The notes: a model not told the origin generated them from the letters alone. A stretch of DNA of 63,833 nucleotides, filler included, from Octopus bimaculoides (GCF_001194135.2; 8 parts of 8 records of this genome joined end to end with filler, not necessarily neighbours in it), one strand, 5' to 3'; positions 1 through 13,452 are shown, numbered from the whole stretch's first letter. Numbers and translations: made by a program.

Positions 1-123
1 CGTTCGTCCGTCCGTCCGTCCGCCTGTGCGTCTGCTTGTCTATCTGTCCGTTTATCTATCCGTCTGTCCGTCCGTCCGTCCGCCCGTCCGTCCGTCCGTC
101 CGCCCGCCCGTCCGTCTGCCTGC

Positions 124-189
<66 letters not shown>

Positions 190-190
190 C
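1..190. repeat. Compound (CCGT)n/(CTAT)n microsatellite
   Basis: Read directly. Confidence 0.95.
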
Positions 191-1142
191 TTCTGCCTAA
201 CATCTTTTTCTTTCTATCTTTATTTAATTCCTTCTTTCTAATCTCTCATATTGTTTTTTAAAATTTCGTACATTTTCTTTCTCTTTCTTTCTTTCTTCCA
301 CTTATTAATATTGGTGGTCAGTTATATCTCCTTCTTCATTGGCTGTTCCCAAAGTGAGGTAGGTTTTGCGTGTGTAGGCAATAAGCACACTCAACTGTAA
401 CTGACTTTTTAAAATATTTTATTAACCTCCATCGTTATATTTACAGATGAGCATCCAATAAATTGATGAACCAATGTCCAACAAACATAATGGTTTGGCA
501 TCTTCTCTAATATAACTTGCAAGATTATATAATGAACGTAACACAAGGAAAATAATCACTGTATATAATTAATATGTGTTACTAGTTACTATAAGTAAAG
601 GTTAGTGCCTTTTGTTGAGTAGGACATAACCATATTATATAAAAAAATAAGTGAGAGGGGGAGAGAGAACGATTCATTAAAACAAGCAACATTTATTCCC
701 TCGGACGGCAGAGTAGCTCTCTGGTTAGATTGAATTTGTTAGTCTTTTTATAGCTGTCAACCATCCTTCTAGAATCTTCGACTAAAATGTATAGCGGGAA
801 AATTCGCTTATTCCCTTTGAAGTTTTCCTGCCTCAGCCATAACATATCAGCCAATGCTGATTGGTCAAACCATATTCGCGTTGGTGCTAATACTTTTTGT
901 GGTGACACTTTTCCTTTTATGGAGCTATATTAGTTCGTGGTTCTAGACTAGTGGTTCAAATTTTAGTTGGGATTTCGCTTTAGAGTATTTAGTCTTCTTC
1001 AACCTTACATATTTCCAATGACGATAGAATGAGTACCAGTTAGGAACACTCCACTCTTTAAATCCGCTGACACAGGTATCCTGAAAGAATTTTCTGGCTA
1101 AATCAGCATGACAAGGCCACTCCTTTGAATTGGAGATACGGA

Positions 1143-1143
1143 C

Positions 1144-1221
<78 letters not shown>
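1143..1221. repeat. (AAAG)n microsatellite
   Basis: Read directly. Confidence 0.97.
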
Positions 1222-1222
<1 letters not shown>

Positions 1223-1882
1223 ACTCCCAGCATTGGTACTTTACCAATCCCAAGATGGTTAAAAGTAAAGCTGACCTCAGTAGGACTTGTACTCGGAGAG
1301 GGCAACAAATATTACACGATTTTCTATCCTACACTCTAACGACTCTATCAGTTTACTTCCTTCTTCACAGCGTTAGAGTGACAGCCTAAATACTTTACGG
1401 CGTTTCTTATTTTCCAATATATTCTGAGTTCGATTCTATTGAGGTTACCTTTGCTTTTCATTTGTCTTATTAACCCGCTTTCAATAGTATACTGTTTATC
1501 ACAATATACAGTAGTAACCTGTGTTAAATAGATATTGACAGTGAACTATACACTTAATATGGTATATTGTAGTGCACATAGCCACGTTCATCACTAATTC
1601 AGTCATCACTAATCCGGAATAACTCTGTACGCTTAAATTATGAACTATGTTATGCTTATCACGTATTGACCTGTGATAACGCGGATCGGCAATCAGTGGA
1701 AAATTCTACTCGTACTGCAAAAACTCACTCCAGCGACCACGCATACAACTCAGTTAACCAGAATTGCATTGTCTATTGCTTGTATTGACATGACCGTGCT
1801 ACGCGGCTGAGTATTATTTTTCTAAATGCGTATTTATATACTCAAACCCATCAACACGAAACAAATCAATAGAAAAAAAAAT

Positions 1883-2053
1883 ATGAAGGTGCCTGATCTC
1901 AACGGATGAAACAAGTGAGTTTATTCTCTACAGGGAAAAGTAGAGATGATCAAGAAAATATGGGACGGTAGAAGCTTCACTGTGGTGGACCGCGAGTTTT
2001 GTGTCAATGAATTTATGATTCATTCCATTTACAAAATGCTTGGATATGATTAA
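1883..2053 (+). mobile_element. Tigger/pogo-family transposase N-terminal (CENP-B-type HTH) relic
   Basis: In frame from ATG 1883: MKVPDLNG*NK*VYSLQGKVEMIKKIWDGRSFTVVDREFCVNEFMIHSIYKMLGYD*, resembling the Tigger motif TLQEKVEII....G.S...VAR.F.VNESTIRSI.K; two premature stops. Confidence 0.65.
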
Positions 2054-2289
2054 TTTATTGTTATTTATCACTGTTTTTTTTAAACAAAAGCTCGTGATAG
2101 ATGTACTAGGATAGATGTACTGTATTAAATAGATATTAACAGTGAACTGTATACTATATTTACAATAGCATACAACAGTAGACTGTATTAAATAGATATT
2201 AACAGAGAACTAAAGTCAGTTTAAACATCAATACTATCGGAATAAAAATAGCCAATCAAAAAGAATCAATATTATAATAATTGTTTCTA

Positions 2290-3510
2290 TTATCAGCATA
2301 AATCCAAAAATTTGAGGTGGAATTAGAGTTTTACTTTATCGACTCCTAAAACATAAAAGGCAATGTTGACTTCGGAAGGATTTGAGTTCAGAGAGCATAG
2401 CTATCCAGAAGAAATACCGCAAAGTATTTTTCCCCGACACCCTAGCGATTCAACCATGTCTTGGCTCTCACCAATATTATGATAATTTTCATCCGATGAT
2501 CTGAAAATTTAGTCTATTTACCAAAAGGACGAAATGCAAAAATCAACTTCTGCGGGATTTGGCTTCAAAACAAGACGTATCGTAACAAATACAGTAGAGA
2601 ATTTAATCTGACACGATACCAACTCGTCAATCCGTTGCCGGGAAATTAATCGAATCTTGAAGAATTACACAAAATAACTAAATAGATGTTTCTGGGTTTA
2701 GGCACGCGGCGAATAATTACAAGGGGAGATCTAAATATTTGATTGGGATTTTATTTTATCAACCCTGGAAGTATGAAATGCAAAGTTGCCTGTGGCGGAA
2801 CAAATATCACAAGTCATTTTGTCTGACGCTGTAAGATTCCGGCAATCCATTGCCCTTGATGGTTTCTTATTCAGGCACATGATCGGGTAATTTGGAAGAG
2901 AAAGGGTTAGTTGATTATATCGACCTCAATAGTTTTAGAGGCTTTATTTTATCGATCTTGGAGAGAAGAAAATTGACCTCGGCAGGAATTGAACTCCGAA
3001 CGTAAAGAGCCGGAACAAATTCCAGTTGTTATTTTATCCGACGCTTTAACAATTTTGCTAATTTGCTGTCTAAAGAGAAAATAAAAATAAAAGATAACAA
3101 TGGTTTTAAATTTGGGCGCAAGGACAATTTTAAGAGGAGTGGTTAGTAGATTTCCTCGACCCAATGCTCAACTGGTATTTAATTTATCGTTTTCCCAAAA
3201 GATGAAAGGTAAGGTCGACATCAGGATCTACACTGCCCAATGCAGCAGCCTGTTACTTTTTTTAAAAAGATCAAAGCAATAGGATGTGATTTTTTCAAGC
3301 TATTGAGCTGGCAGAATCGTAAGCACGCCGAAGAAAATGCTTAGCGACATTTCGTCTGTTCTTACTTCTGATTTCAAATTCCGCCGAGGCCGAACTCTGT
3401 CTTTCAACATTTCGGTGTCGATGAAATAAGTACCAGCTATGCACTGAGGTGGATGTAATCGACTAACCTCCCTGCCCTACCCCCATAAAAATGTCAAGTC
3501 TTGCGCCTTA
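2290..3510. mobile_element. Cluster of about six tRNA-derived SINEs with a Nin/Deu-like core (about five decayed on -, one on + at 3305-3510)
   Basis: Repeated matches to the head gagctggcagaatcg...ttctgagttcaaattccgccgagg and the core ctttcatcctttcggggtcgataaaataagtaccag. Confidence 0.75.
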
Positions 3511-4032
3511 GCAGGACAAGCGACTGGGTTACAGGCTCATACGTTGGTTCATATCGCTGTGGTTATACCGAAGAGCAAGCGACAAAAGTTTGTAGGTTTA
3601 AGTCCAGAAATCGATTTCGACTCCTGCTTCTAACTCATATATTTCATCATTAATACCTGCCACTGATGCAGCTACAGTTTTGCAATTGATGCTGCTGCCG
3701 TTGCTGCCGTTGCTGCCGCTGCTACAGCTACTATTTCCACTACTGCTGCAGCTGCTGTTGGTGCTGCATAAGCTGAACTCTATACAGCTAGCCACCTTAA
3801 GTCAGTTATGTCTATATAATTATCCCCTCTCGCTTGTTATATATACTAACATTGTTATAAGTTTGTGTTTAAATCTATCAGTCTATATAGGGAAAGTATT
3901 TAAATTGAAATAAACATATCGATTCAACGGAAATTACATATGATATCAATCACACGGCGAAGAAGGAATTATAACATTTGGTTATTTGCAAATGTATTTA
4001 TACTTGCTAGTATTGAATATACATATGTGTGT

Positions 4033-4091
<59 letters not shown>

Positions 4092-4221
4092 CGCACGCAC
4101 GCACGCAAATATATACATATATTCGCTATATTATATATATACACACACACACATATATATACACATACAGATATATGTACACAAACATACACATATGTAC
4201 ATATATATATTTATATATATA

Positions 4222-4321
4222 NNNNNNNNNNNNNNNNNNNNNNNNNNNNNNNNNNNNNNNNNNNNTTAATTAATTAANNNNNNNNNNNNNNNNNNNNNNN
4301 NNNNNNNNNNNNNNNNNNNNN
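4222..4321. other. Artificial scaffold spacer 44N-TTAATTAATTAA-44N (six-frame stop linker); also at 12754-12853, 24201-24300, 33564-33663, 52218-52317, 58243-58342, 61368-61467
   Basis: The identical 12-mer sits centred in exactly 100 bp at seven places; TTAATTAATTAA places a stop codon in all six frames. Confidence 0.97.
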
Positions 4322-4616
4322 AATGTAAAAGGAGAAAGGGCTCTATACCCCTTTCTTATTTTTTCTGACCAAGCTCCCGTGGTTTTATGGGTGTTTCCAC
4401 GTGTAACCTTTCCTTTTTCGAAGCGCCTCCCCGTTTGGGAGTTCTATTTATTTATTTATCTATTTATTTGTTATATCATTCTCCGTGTTCTTCCTCTGTT
4501 TAGACGAACTTTCCTACCTTTTCGGACAAAACCTTTTGTAACCTTCGTCCTATCTTTGTCCTTACATGTTTTTAATGGATATTAGCCCTTGTGGCCAATA
4601 AAACGAATTAAATATT

Positions 4617-4623
4617 ATTATTA

Positions 4624-4717
<94 letters not shown>

Positions 4718-4718
4718 G

Positions 4719-4754
<36 letters not shown>

Positions 4755-4770
4755 GTTGTTGTTGTTGTTT
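4617..4770. repeat. (ATT)n/(GTT)n microsatellite
   Basis: Read directly. Confidence 0.97.
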
Positions 4771-4776
4771 TTATTA

Positions 4777-4958
4777 AAGCGGCCAGCTGGCTGTATTGTT
4801 AGTATGCTAAACGAAACTTCTAGCGGTATTTCGCCCGTCGTTACGTTCCGAGTTCAAATTCCATCGATGTCGACTTTGCCTTTCATCCTTTCAGAGTCGA
4901 TTAATTAAATACCAGTGAAGGACTGGGGTTCGATGTGATCACCTATCCCTCTCCCCTC
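4777..4958 (+). mobile_element. tRNA-derived SINE with Nin/Deu-like core
   Basis: A/B-box-like head (gttccgagttcaaattcc) followed by gactttgcctttcatcctttcagagtcgattaattaaataccag; lies directly after an (ATT)n tract. Confidence 0.85.
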
Positions 4959-5214
4959 TTTTCTGTCTTTTTCTTTTCGCCTGTGATAAAATTGAAACTC
5001 AGAGACTGATGATGTCATTTCATCAACATGTGGACGCTGGCGGCTCTCGTTCATACTTTAGAACTGAATTTCTATAATTTTGGATTTTTATAACTTTTTG
5101 TTTTGAACTCGACTAACACAGGTTTGTTGCAATCGCGCTCTTCGTCTTGTCAGTTTACTTTTGTGAAGTGTTACGTCAATCTTTTTGAAATTATTATTAT
5201 CATCATCATCATCA

Positions 5215-5253
<39 letters not shown>

Positions 5254-5413
5254 GTTTTAATTCCAGTGAGTAGACTCAGTGGAGCACTGCACGAAAATGC
5301 ACTGCAGTATTTAAGAAGGACCTTTCACGTTCTGAGCTTAAATCAAGCCATACACTTTGCATGTCTTTCATTTAATTGTAGTTGATTCTTTCTTCGTGAT
5401 TGTGATTCTTATC

Positions 5414-5610
5414 TCAACAATAAGTTAAGTGACAGCCGATGTGTATGCTAGTGATGGTGGCGGTGGTGGTGGTGACACCGGTTACCAGCTGACGCTGTGG
5501 TGATGATGGTGAAGGCTTTAGTGGTGGTGGTGGTGTGATGGTGGTGCAGTGGTGCAGTGGTGATAATGGTGCAGTTGCTGTTGTTGTTGCGGTGGTGCTG
5601 GTTCTCATGT

Positions 5611-5663
<53 letters not shown>

Positions 5664-5960
5664 TAGTTCGCTATAGTGGCGGTCGGAATGAAATATGGTT
5701 GAGGTTACGGTTGGTTGTGGTTGTGGACTGGTGGAGGCTTTTCTGCCTGTAGTGTATTGACGTGGTGATGGTGGTGGTAGTGGTGGATGTGGTGGTGGGA
5801 TGGGGTTGTTGTAGTCGTTCTTGGTGATTACGTTAAGGAAATGGTTGTGTGGTAGTGGATTTGTGGCAGTAGCGGTGATGATGTCATGGTGTCAAGTTGT
5901 TGTTGATTGTAGAGTTTATTGGATTTGTGGTGTGTTGATGTGCTGGTTGCAGTGGAATTG
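5414..5960. repeat. (GGT)n/(GAT)n low-complexity tract
   Basis: Read directly; pure (GAT)n at about 5612-5663. Confidence 0.9.
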
Positions 5961-6475
5961 ATTATGATTATGTTGTTATCGCTAAAGAATGTTATTGCAG
6001 TGGGGTTGCGATGTTTTGGTCACATCTCAACACATCGTCAGTAGAAAGAAAAAAAATGCTTTCATTCACTCCATAGACCTATTTACCCCAAATGCTGCAG
6101 AAGCTCAAACTTTATCATCACATCACTGTGAGCACTATATCATTTGTTTATTTCCACTTAAATTCGGATGTTCTATTAAAACAAACTTTACTGCGGTAGA
6201 CACCATGAGAGAGATTTTCATATAGGCTTTTGTTGCAAAATGCCCACTTGTTTATATCATAAACGGGGAGATAAATCCCTACCAACCCTTGTGCTGAGAC
6301 CACCATGTCACGTGATTTCGACCTTCCATGATCTAGTCAATTATGGACGCTCGAAATTTATCATAATATCTAAGTATTTATACCCCACTGTGATTAGTCA
6401 CTAATTTAACCTACAGAGGGCACAACATAGTTGTCAGTCCGGCCAATAAGTTTATTCACTACTCCAAACCGTTGT

Positions 6476-6780
6476 GGAGGCACAACAGCTAGTGGTTAGA
6501 GCAGCGGACTTGCAGTCGAAGGATCGTGGGACCGAATCTCAAACCAGGTGATGTTGTGTTTATGAGCGAAACATCTAAACTCCACGCGGCTCCGGCAGAA
6601 GGTAATAGCAAATTTCTGATTCTTTCGCCACAACTTTCTCTCACGCTTTACTCCTGTATCTAGCAGCTCACCTGCGACAGACCGGCTTCCCATCCAGGTG
6701 GGGAACCTATACGCCAATGAAACCGGTAAACCGGCCCTTATCAGCCACGTATGGCTCTGGAAGGAACAAACAACAACAAC
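6476..6780 (+). mobile_element. tRNA-derived SINE with Meta/V-like 3' domain and (AAC)n tail
   Basis: Head ggaggcacaacagctagtggttagagcagcggac...; body ctccacgcggctccggcag...cacaactttctctcac; 3' cctgcgacagaccggcttcccatccagg...gaaaccggtaaaccggccc; tail acaacaacaac. Domain name is by recognition. Confidence 0.75.
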
Positions 6781-7338
6781 TCAAAACCGTTTGACGGCCA
6801 AGGTGCACTCAAGTCAGACTAAGAGTTGATGCCCCTCTGCACATTTCTCGGGTAATACGCATACCAACTATGGGCTTGAAGGCTAACAAGGTTACTGCTG
6901 CTGTTGCTACTGTTTCCACAGTTATAAGTGAGTTTATGTAATTATGGCAGAGGTAGAATTACTAGTGTTGGTGGTAATGGTGGTAGCTGTTGTGCAGACG
7001 GTAGTGATAGCAGTCACGGTGGTAGTATTATTGTACTTGCTGTCGTTCTTTTTCAGAATCGAGTCAGCCTTGATCGTGAAAATCTACGATCAAAATACTT
7101 TCTAGCTAATGACCATCTCGCTTCTTTTCAGATATTGTGCATCTCGGACGTCATTATACAACGTGTTTCTTTTCTTCTTTTGTTTTGTAAAAAAATTACA
7201 ATATAGTGTCTTCACGGGCGATTTAGTTGCCATTTTTAGCAGGACATGCGATCACTTAAAGGCTCCTTTCTACATTGATTCGTTGATGGTTTATTTATTG
7301 GCGCTGGTGTAGAAGTATTCTTGTTGTATTGCAATTAG

Positions 7339-7458
7339 GTTTATGTAAGGAATTTGAAAGAGAAGTTTTTAAGGAAACTGGCGCCACTGGATGGAGCTAT
7401 ATTTGGTACCGCTATTCAGAGATCTAATACAGTGGAAAGAAAACTGACAACTGCAATG
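7339..7458 (+). CDS. Candidate 120-nt symmetric exon, product unknown
   Basis: Acceptor ttcttgttgtattgcaattAG, donor ATG|GTAAAG, phase 0-0, open frame VYVRNLKEKFLRKLAPLDGAIFGTAIQRSNTVERKLTTAM in non-repetitive sequence; no family recognised. Confidence 0.2.
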
Positions 7459-7957
7459 GTAAAGACGCCATTTTACTATTTGTCTCCATCTTCCTACGGC
7501 CATTTTGTTTCTTTATCACCCGTTTTAATTTTCCTTCTCATAGACTCCCTCTTTCTCCTTTTATCTCCTTTTTTATTTTCTTTTCTTTCGTTCTTATTCT
7601 TTCTAATTTTCTTTTACCCATCAATTTTTACAAGTGTTTATATTTCTATAATGATTTAGCTTTTTTTTATAATCATTTTAAGAACATTTCTTATAAAATT
7701 TGTCTCTCTTTCATTGAATGAAGAAAGTGCTTCATTTTTTTCTCCTTCCTTCATTTGTTTCATTCTTTCTTTATATATCTCACTGTTATTTTCTTTTGTT
7801 ATTCCTCTCAGTCTTTTTTTCATATTTTTGCTTTCTTAATCCTTGCCGCCATATTAACGTGCACTTGTCGTCTATAGTTCTACTATACGTGTGCGCACGT
7901 GCGTATCTGTATATTTGTGAATGTGCGTATACACACACACACACACATATATATATG

Positions 7958-8016
<59 letters not shown>

Positions 8017-8494
8017 GTGTGTGTATTCATATATATGCATGTGAAAGTATATAACTGCATGTGTATATATATATATATATAAATGTACGTGTGTCTGTGC
8101 TTGTATGTCTGCTTGTGGTATTTGTGTCTAAGAACGTCGTTATGATTAAGTTTGTAAATGCGTTCTTCTAAGTGACTGTTCCAGAGTGCATGGATGTATG
8201 CGTGTAGGTAGTAGCTTAGATGTGCGTTTACCGTAAGTGAAAAGAACTTGAGTGAGGACCATGAAGAAGGGAGAAGTGCTATAATTTAGATTGTATGTCA
8301 CTCAAAGGCTAACTCCACCCCACTCCAGCCATCCCCTAATCTTCAAAAATCTTTATTTTTATATGACGGTAACTGAAATAGCTTAGCTTAGCATACCAAA
8401 CACTTCAATTGTTTCACTACTTCAAATCTTTTTTTTTAATGGCTTCGAAACAAATTATTATTATTATTATTATTATCATCATTATTATTATTAC

Positions 8495-8527
<33 letters not shown>

Positions 8528-9150
8528 CATTATTGTTATTATTATTATTATTATTATTATTGCTATTTTTATTGTTGTTGTTGTTATTGCTGCTGTTGCT
8601 GTTATTATTAATGTTGTTGTTGTTATTAATGTTGTTATTAAGTCATCATCATTATCGGAATCATCATTATAATACTACATTGCGTGATAGCAGAGCATAA
8701 ATGAATGAACATATATGTTGTTTTTTTTTTTTGTTTTTTTTTCATTTATTAGGTGGTCTGAAGAAACAGGACAAGAATAAATAGACCTTACTGTATGGAC
8801 AGAATATAGGCACACGAACTGATGTGTTGTGCTTAAAAGGTTCTCTTCGCAACCGTATCGATCCGTGTTCGGTCTCACTGCATAGCGCATTAACATGTCT
8901 TGCACCATAGGCTAGGGTCATCCAATGCAGTGGAAGAGAAATTACAAAGATGTAACTCTGCAGAAGTTTATGTATATACAAACATACTTATATGTATACT
9001 TATACAGATACATACATATATATATATATATACATGAGTATGTATATATGTGTGTGTGTGTGTGTATACACACACTACACACACATATACATGTGTATAT
9101 ATACAATATATAAATATACATACGTTTTATATATACATACATACACACAC

Positions 9151-9185
<35 letters not shown>

Positions 9186-9248
9186 TGGATAGATACACAT
9201 ATAAGATCGATATATGTATATATGTATGTATGTATGTATGTGTATGTA

Positions 9249-9293
<45 letters not shown>

Positions 9294-11029
9294 NNNNNNN
9301 NNNNNNNNNNNNNNNNNNNNNNNNNNNNNNNNNNNNNNNNNNNNNNNNNNNNNNNNNNNNNNNNNNNNNNNNNNNNNNNNNNNNNNNNNNNNNNNNNNNN
9401 NNNNNNNNNNNNNNNNNNNNNNNNNNNNNNNNNNNNNNNNNNNNNNNNNNNNNNNNNNNNNNNNNNNNNNNNNNNNNNNNNNNNNNNNNNNNNNNNNNNN
9501 NNNNNNNNNNNNNNNNNNNNNNNNNNNNNNNNNNNNNNNNNNNNNNNNNNNNNNNNNNNNNNNNNNNNNNNNNNNNNNNNNNNNNNNNNNNNNNNNNNNN
9601 NNNNNNNNNNNNNNNNNNNNNNNNNNNNNNNNNNNNNNNNNNNNNNNNNNNNNNNNNNNNNNNNNNNNNNNNNNNNNNNNNNNNNNNNNNNNNNNNNNNN
9701 NNNNNNNNNNNNNNNNNNNNNNNNNNNNNNNNNNNNNNNNNNNNNNNNNNNNNNNNNNNNNNNNNNNNNNNNNNNNNNNNNNNNNNNNNNNNNNNNNNNN
9801 NNNNNNNNNNNNNNNNNNNNNNNNNNNNNNNNNNNNNNNNNNNNNNNNNNNNNNNNNNNNNNNNNNNNNNNNNNNNNNNNNNNNNNNNNNNNNNNNNNNN
9901 NNNNNNNNNNNNNNNNNNNNNNNNNNNNNNNNNNNNNNNNNNNNNNNNNNNNNNNNNNNNNNNNNNNNNNNNNNNNNNNNNNNNNNNNNNNNNNNNNNNN
10001 NNNNNNNNNNNNNNNNNNNNNNNNNNNNNNNNNNNNNNNNNNNNNNNNNNNNNNNNNNNNNNNNNNNATAAATTATAGGGTAGCAAAAATATTTTAGAAA
10101 TTTTATTTACCACCAGTGGTCTAGCGAGAGTAAAAATCAGTCAATAGACTATGTATTATTCATTTAAAATACAGAGATGCCTATAATAGGACATCTAACC
10201 GGCTAGAAAGAGCAGCAAAAGACTACATACCATAAAAATAGGGATAATTTCGAAAGGGAATGAAAAATAAAAACATTTACCAATCTATATTCTGTACCAT
10301 GGTTTCAAGTCAATTTTAGTAAATGAAAATCGTGAAGAGTATTTTACTGTTCCCGTCCAGTTATTGCTATGAACAAGTGTTTTCAGCTATATTCATGACT
10401 AAAAACGATCTTGTGTAAGAATGTCGACTGAAAATGATATCTGAGGTGAGGTGCCTCTCTGAAAATACGAAGAAATAACTCGTTTGAAAGAGCCATGCTA
10501 ATGCATGTAATATTCAATGAAATGAAATTGACTTCTTATAGAAGCACAATGCCAGATTGATTATATCACTCTCAGTATTTGTCGAGTGTTTTATTTTATC
10601 GACACCGGAAGCATGAAATGTATAGCTGAATGCGTCGGAATTTGAGCTCTTTACATTTAAAAGAGATTTATCAAATATTACATATCTATTTTTTTGGTCT
10701 ATAGTATCCAACGATTTTACACTATATTCGTCAACACAGAGTACTCCAACACTCAGTCGTGATGAAACTGTTCTCTTGAAGAAAAATGTTAAAAACCCCT
10801 GCTTTAGCTGAACTTTTAAAATGCAATTATGACTGTTACTGTAACTACTACTATTATGTGATTTTAATGAAGTGTCTCCATATTTTGTTCTTGTAGAGAA
10901 AAGGTGACCAAATGTTTAGAATGTGTAAAAAAAGTTGAAGATTATACATATCTATTATTCATGAATATTGGGGCCCGTATGATCCAGAAAAGCGAGGAAG
11001 TGAATAAGCAAAGTATTTAGAACGTCTGA

Positions 11030-11600
11030 TAAGCTTTTTCGTATTCGTGCCGTGTCTCCGCGCTTTGAGCTCACAGCCCTCCGTGGTCAATTTTGCCTAT
11101 CATCCTTTCGAGAACAATAAATTCATTACTCTGTATCAATGGCGTTAGTCTCTTCTTGAAACTCGGTTTTGAGGGGTCCCCATTAAAACATCTTCTCTAT
11201 GATTTGCCTAAGAAAATGGTCTATAAGCTTTAAACTGAGATAAGTGTATTTTGATAACAGATATCCGTTGTTTAGTACATCTCATTTCCCTGTTATATTA
11301 ATATTCTGCAGTATAGCTGTTAATAAAATTATTATATTTGTATATAAATTCCTAGGGTCTTATGTGCATGCAAACCTTGAGTCCCTGTATATATATATAT
11401 ATGGATCCCGTTTAATTTGTTCCATTCTCAGCGATTGGAAAATATCCCACGGCATTTATTTTCCTTCTTTCCTGAGTTCAAGCCAGGCCAGCTCAGTCTT
11501 TGTCTTTAATCCGTTCGGGATCGATAAAATAAAGTCCCAGTCAAATATACAGATCGGTGTTGTCGACTAACCCTCTCAAATTTGTTGGTCTTTTGTCTAA
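11030..11600 (+). mobile_element. Two decayed Nin/Deu-core SINEs (about 11030-11130 and 11420-11600)
   Basis: Remnants of the B-box (tttgagctcac; ctgagttcaagcc) and core (gtcaattttgcctatcatcctttcgag; tttaatccgttcgggatcgataaaataaagtcccag). Confidence 0.55.
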
Positions 11601-11887
11601 ATTAGAAGCTCTTGCCGTTTTACCACCAGCTCTTATACATATATGCATGTGTGTGTGCTCGCGTAGGCTCGAGCGTGTGTCTACTGCGATCACATTATTT
11701 AGTAAATATATTATCCAATAATCCTTAAGGATAATGGTTCTGTGCTTTCCAATAATATCCATGTCATTGAGAGCCCTAGCATATTTCATTTGTAGAATTT
11801 TTTCCAGCTGTATATTTATATAACCATTTCTCTGCGTTAATTCCATAATTATATCATAATTTTTAATGCTCTCATAAAGTATGTATG

Positions 11888-11959
<72 letters not shown>

Positions 11960-12853
11960 AAGTATGTATATATGTATGTGTGTGTATGTATGTGCGTGTA
12001 TGCATGTATTTATATATAAATATAGGAATATATATGTATACGTGTATTATGTATGTATATATCTATGTATGTGTATGCATGTATCTATGTGTATATATAG
12101 AAATATATATATGTCTGTGTATGTATGTATATATGTATAGATGCATGCATGTACCCATGTATATATGTATGTATATTTATTCAAATTTCAGCCATATCCT
12201 AGGATTAACCAGTCAGGGACTATTTGATTGATTGCCTCTTCAGAATCACCATATGCTCCGCTTTAAATTTTTATGTACCTCTTCATCATATCATTTTTCA
12301 ACTTCCTCGTGTGAAATGTTTAATCTTCTGAGGCGTGCGATTATGAAGGGAACCTTCAACAAAATCACATTGAACTTTGTGCTTCTGAGTCTAGGCTCAA
12401 TCAATTTTTGTTGTGTTTAGTTTTAGGTAATTTGTTTTCTGTTCAGTGTTCAACTTGGGGCTCATGCAGGCTGGATCTTAACCTTGAGTTAACTTTACTG
12501 ACAACACTTCGGTGATTTCGTTTTTTTTTTTGTTACAGTTTCATAGTTCACTGTTGTTATTGCTGAGTAGGTGAGTAGTAACTTTCCTCCTCCTCCTCCT
12601 CCTCCTCCTCCTCCCCTCTACTTCATCTTCGCCTCTTCCCCTTCCTCTCCTCTTCTCTCTCCTCCTCTCCCTTTCACCTATACTCCACCTCCCTTCACTT
12701 CCCCTTCGCTTCCCCTTCACCTCCCCTTTACTTCCCCCTTTACCTTCCCTTAANNNNNNNNNNNNNNNNNNNNNNNNNNNNNNNNNNNNNNNNNNNNTTA
12801 ATTAATTAANNNNNNNNNNNNNNNNNNNNNNNNNNNNNNNNNNNNNNNNNNNN

Positions 12854-12886
<33 letters not shown>

Positions 12887-13369
12887 CATATACGTTATAG
12901 TATTAATATATAAATATAAGAGTACGTCATAAACTGTCTCTATGTCACCGCGCATGTCAGTGTGTTATGTGCTAACATGAATGTTCACAACACGTACTCG
13001 TATGTACGTGCATGTATGTGTATATATTTCGTTTATCTTTTATATGTATTTGCGCGTGAACGATTTTCTTACTGTGCTACTGTCGATATCTATGTCTGTG
13101 TGTGTGTGTAGTATGTGTGTGCGTGTGTGCATGGGGGGTTGTATTTCTGAGTAAAGAGACATAGAATATGCTGCCTGAAGACGCATCCAGCTGCAATTAT
13201 ACAAAGTCATTTATCACTATATGTCTTTAATAACATATGAAGTACACCTTCGTTTTGGGGATGGACATGAGCAGCTGGATGTAGGGTATATATATATTAC
13301 TATGGAAATGGTGTAAAATAAGGCAGTCTTATTTATCTGTAGTGGTGGTGTTATTATCATTGTTGTTGT

Positions 13370-13370
<1 letters not shown>

Positions 13371-13451
<81 letters not shown>
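13371..13451. repeat. (AGT)10 abutting (ACT)17: palindromic microsatellite junction
   Basis: Read directly; AGT and ACT are reverse complements, centre between 13400 and 13401. Confidence 0.95.

Positions 13452-13452
<1 letters not shown>

Noticed and set aside
5003-5070. TGATGA...CTGA spacing like a C/D-box snoRNA
   Set aside because: C box lacks the 5' purine, the terminal stem is marginal and I recognise no rRNA/snRNA guide.
6476-6550. tRNA-like A/B boxes in SINE heads
   Set aside because: No complete cloverleaf; each continues into a SINE body, so none is called a tRNA gene.
8992-10113. Long ORFs of 150-400 aa in the track (also 20128-20837, 39195-39846, 43131-44282, 47525-49925, 53076-54189, 58477-59335)
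   Set aside because: They are N-runs and (TA)/(CA)/(TG) microsatellites that lack stop codons; no coding signal.
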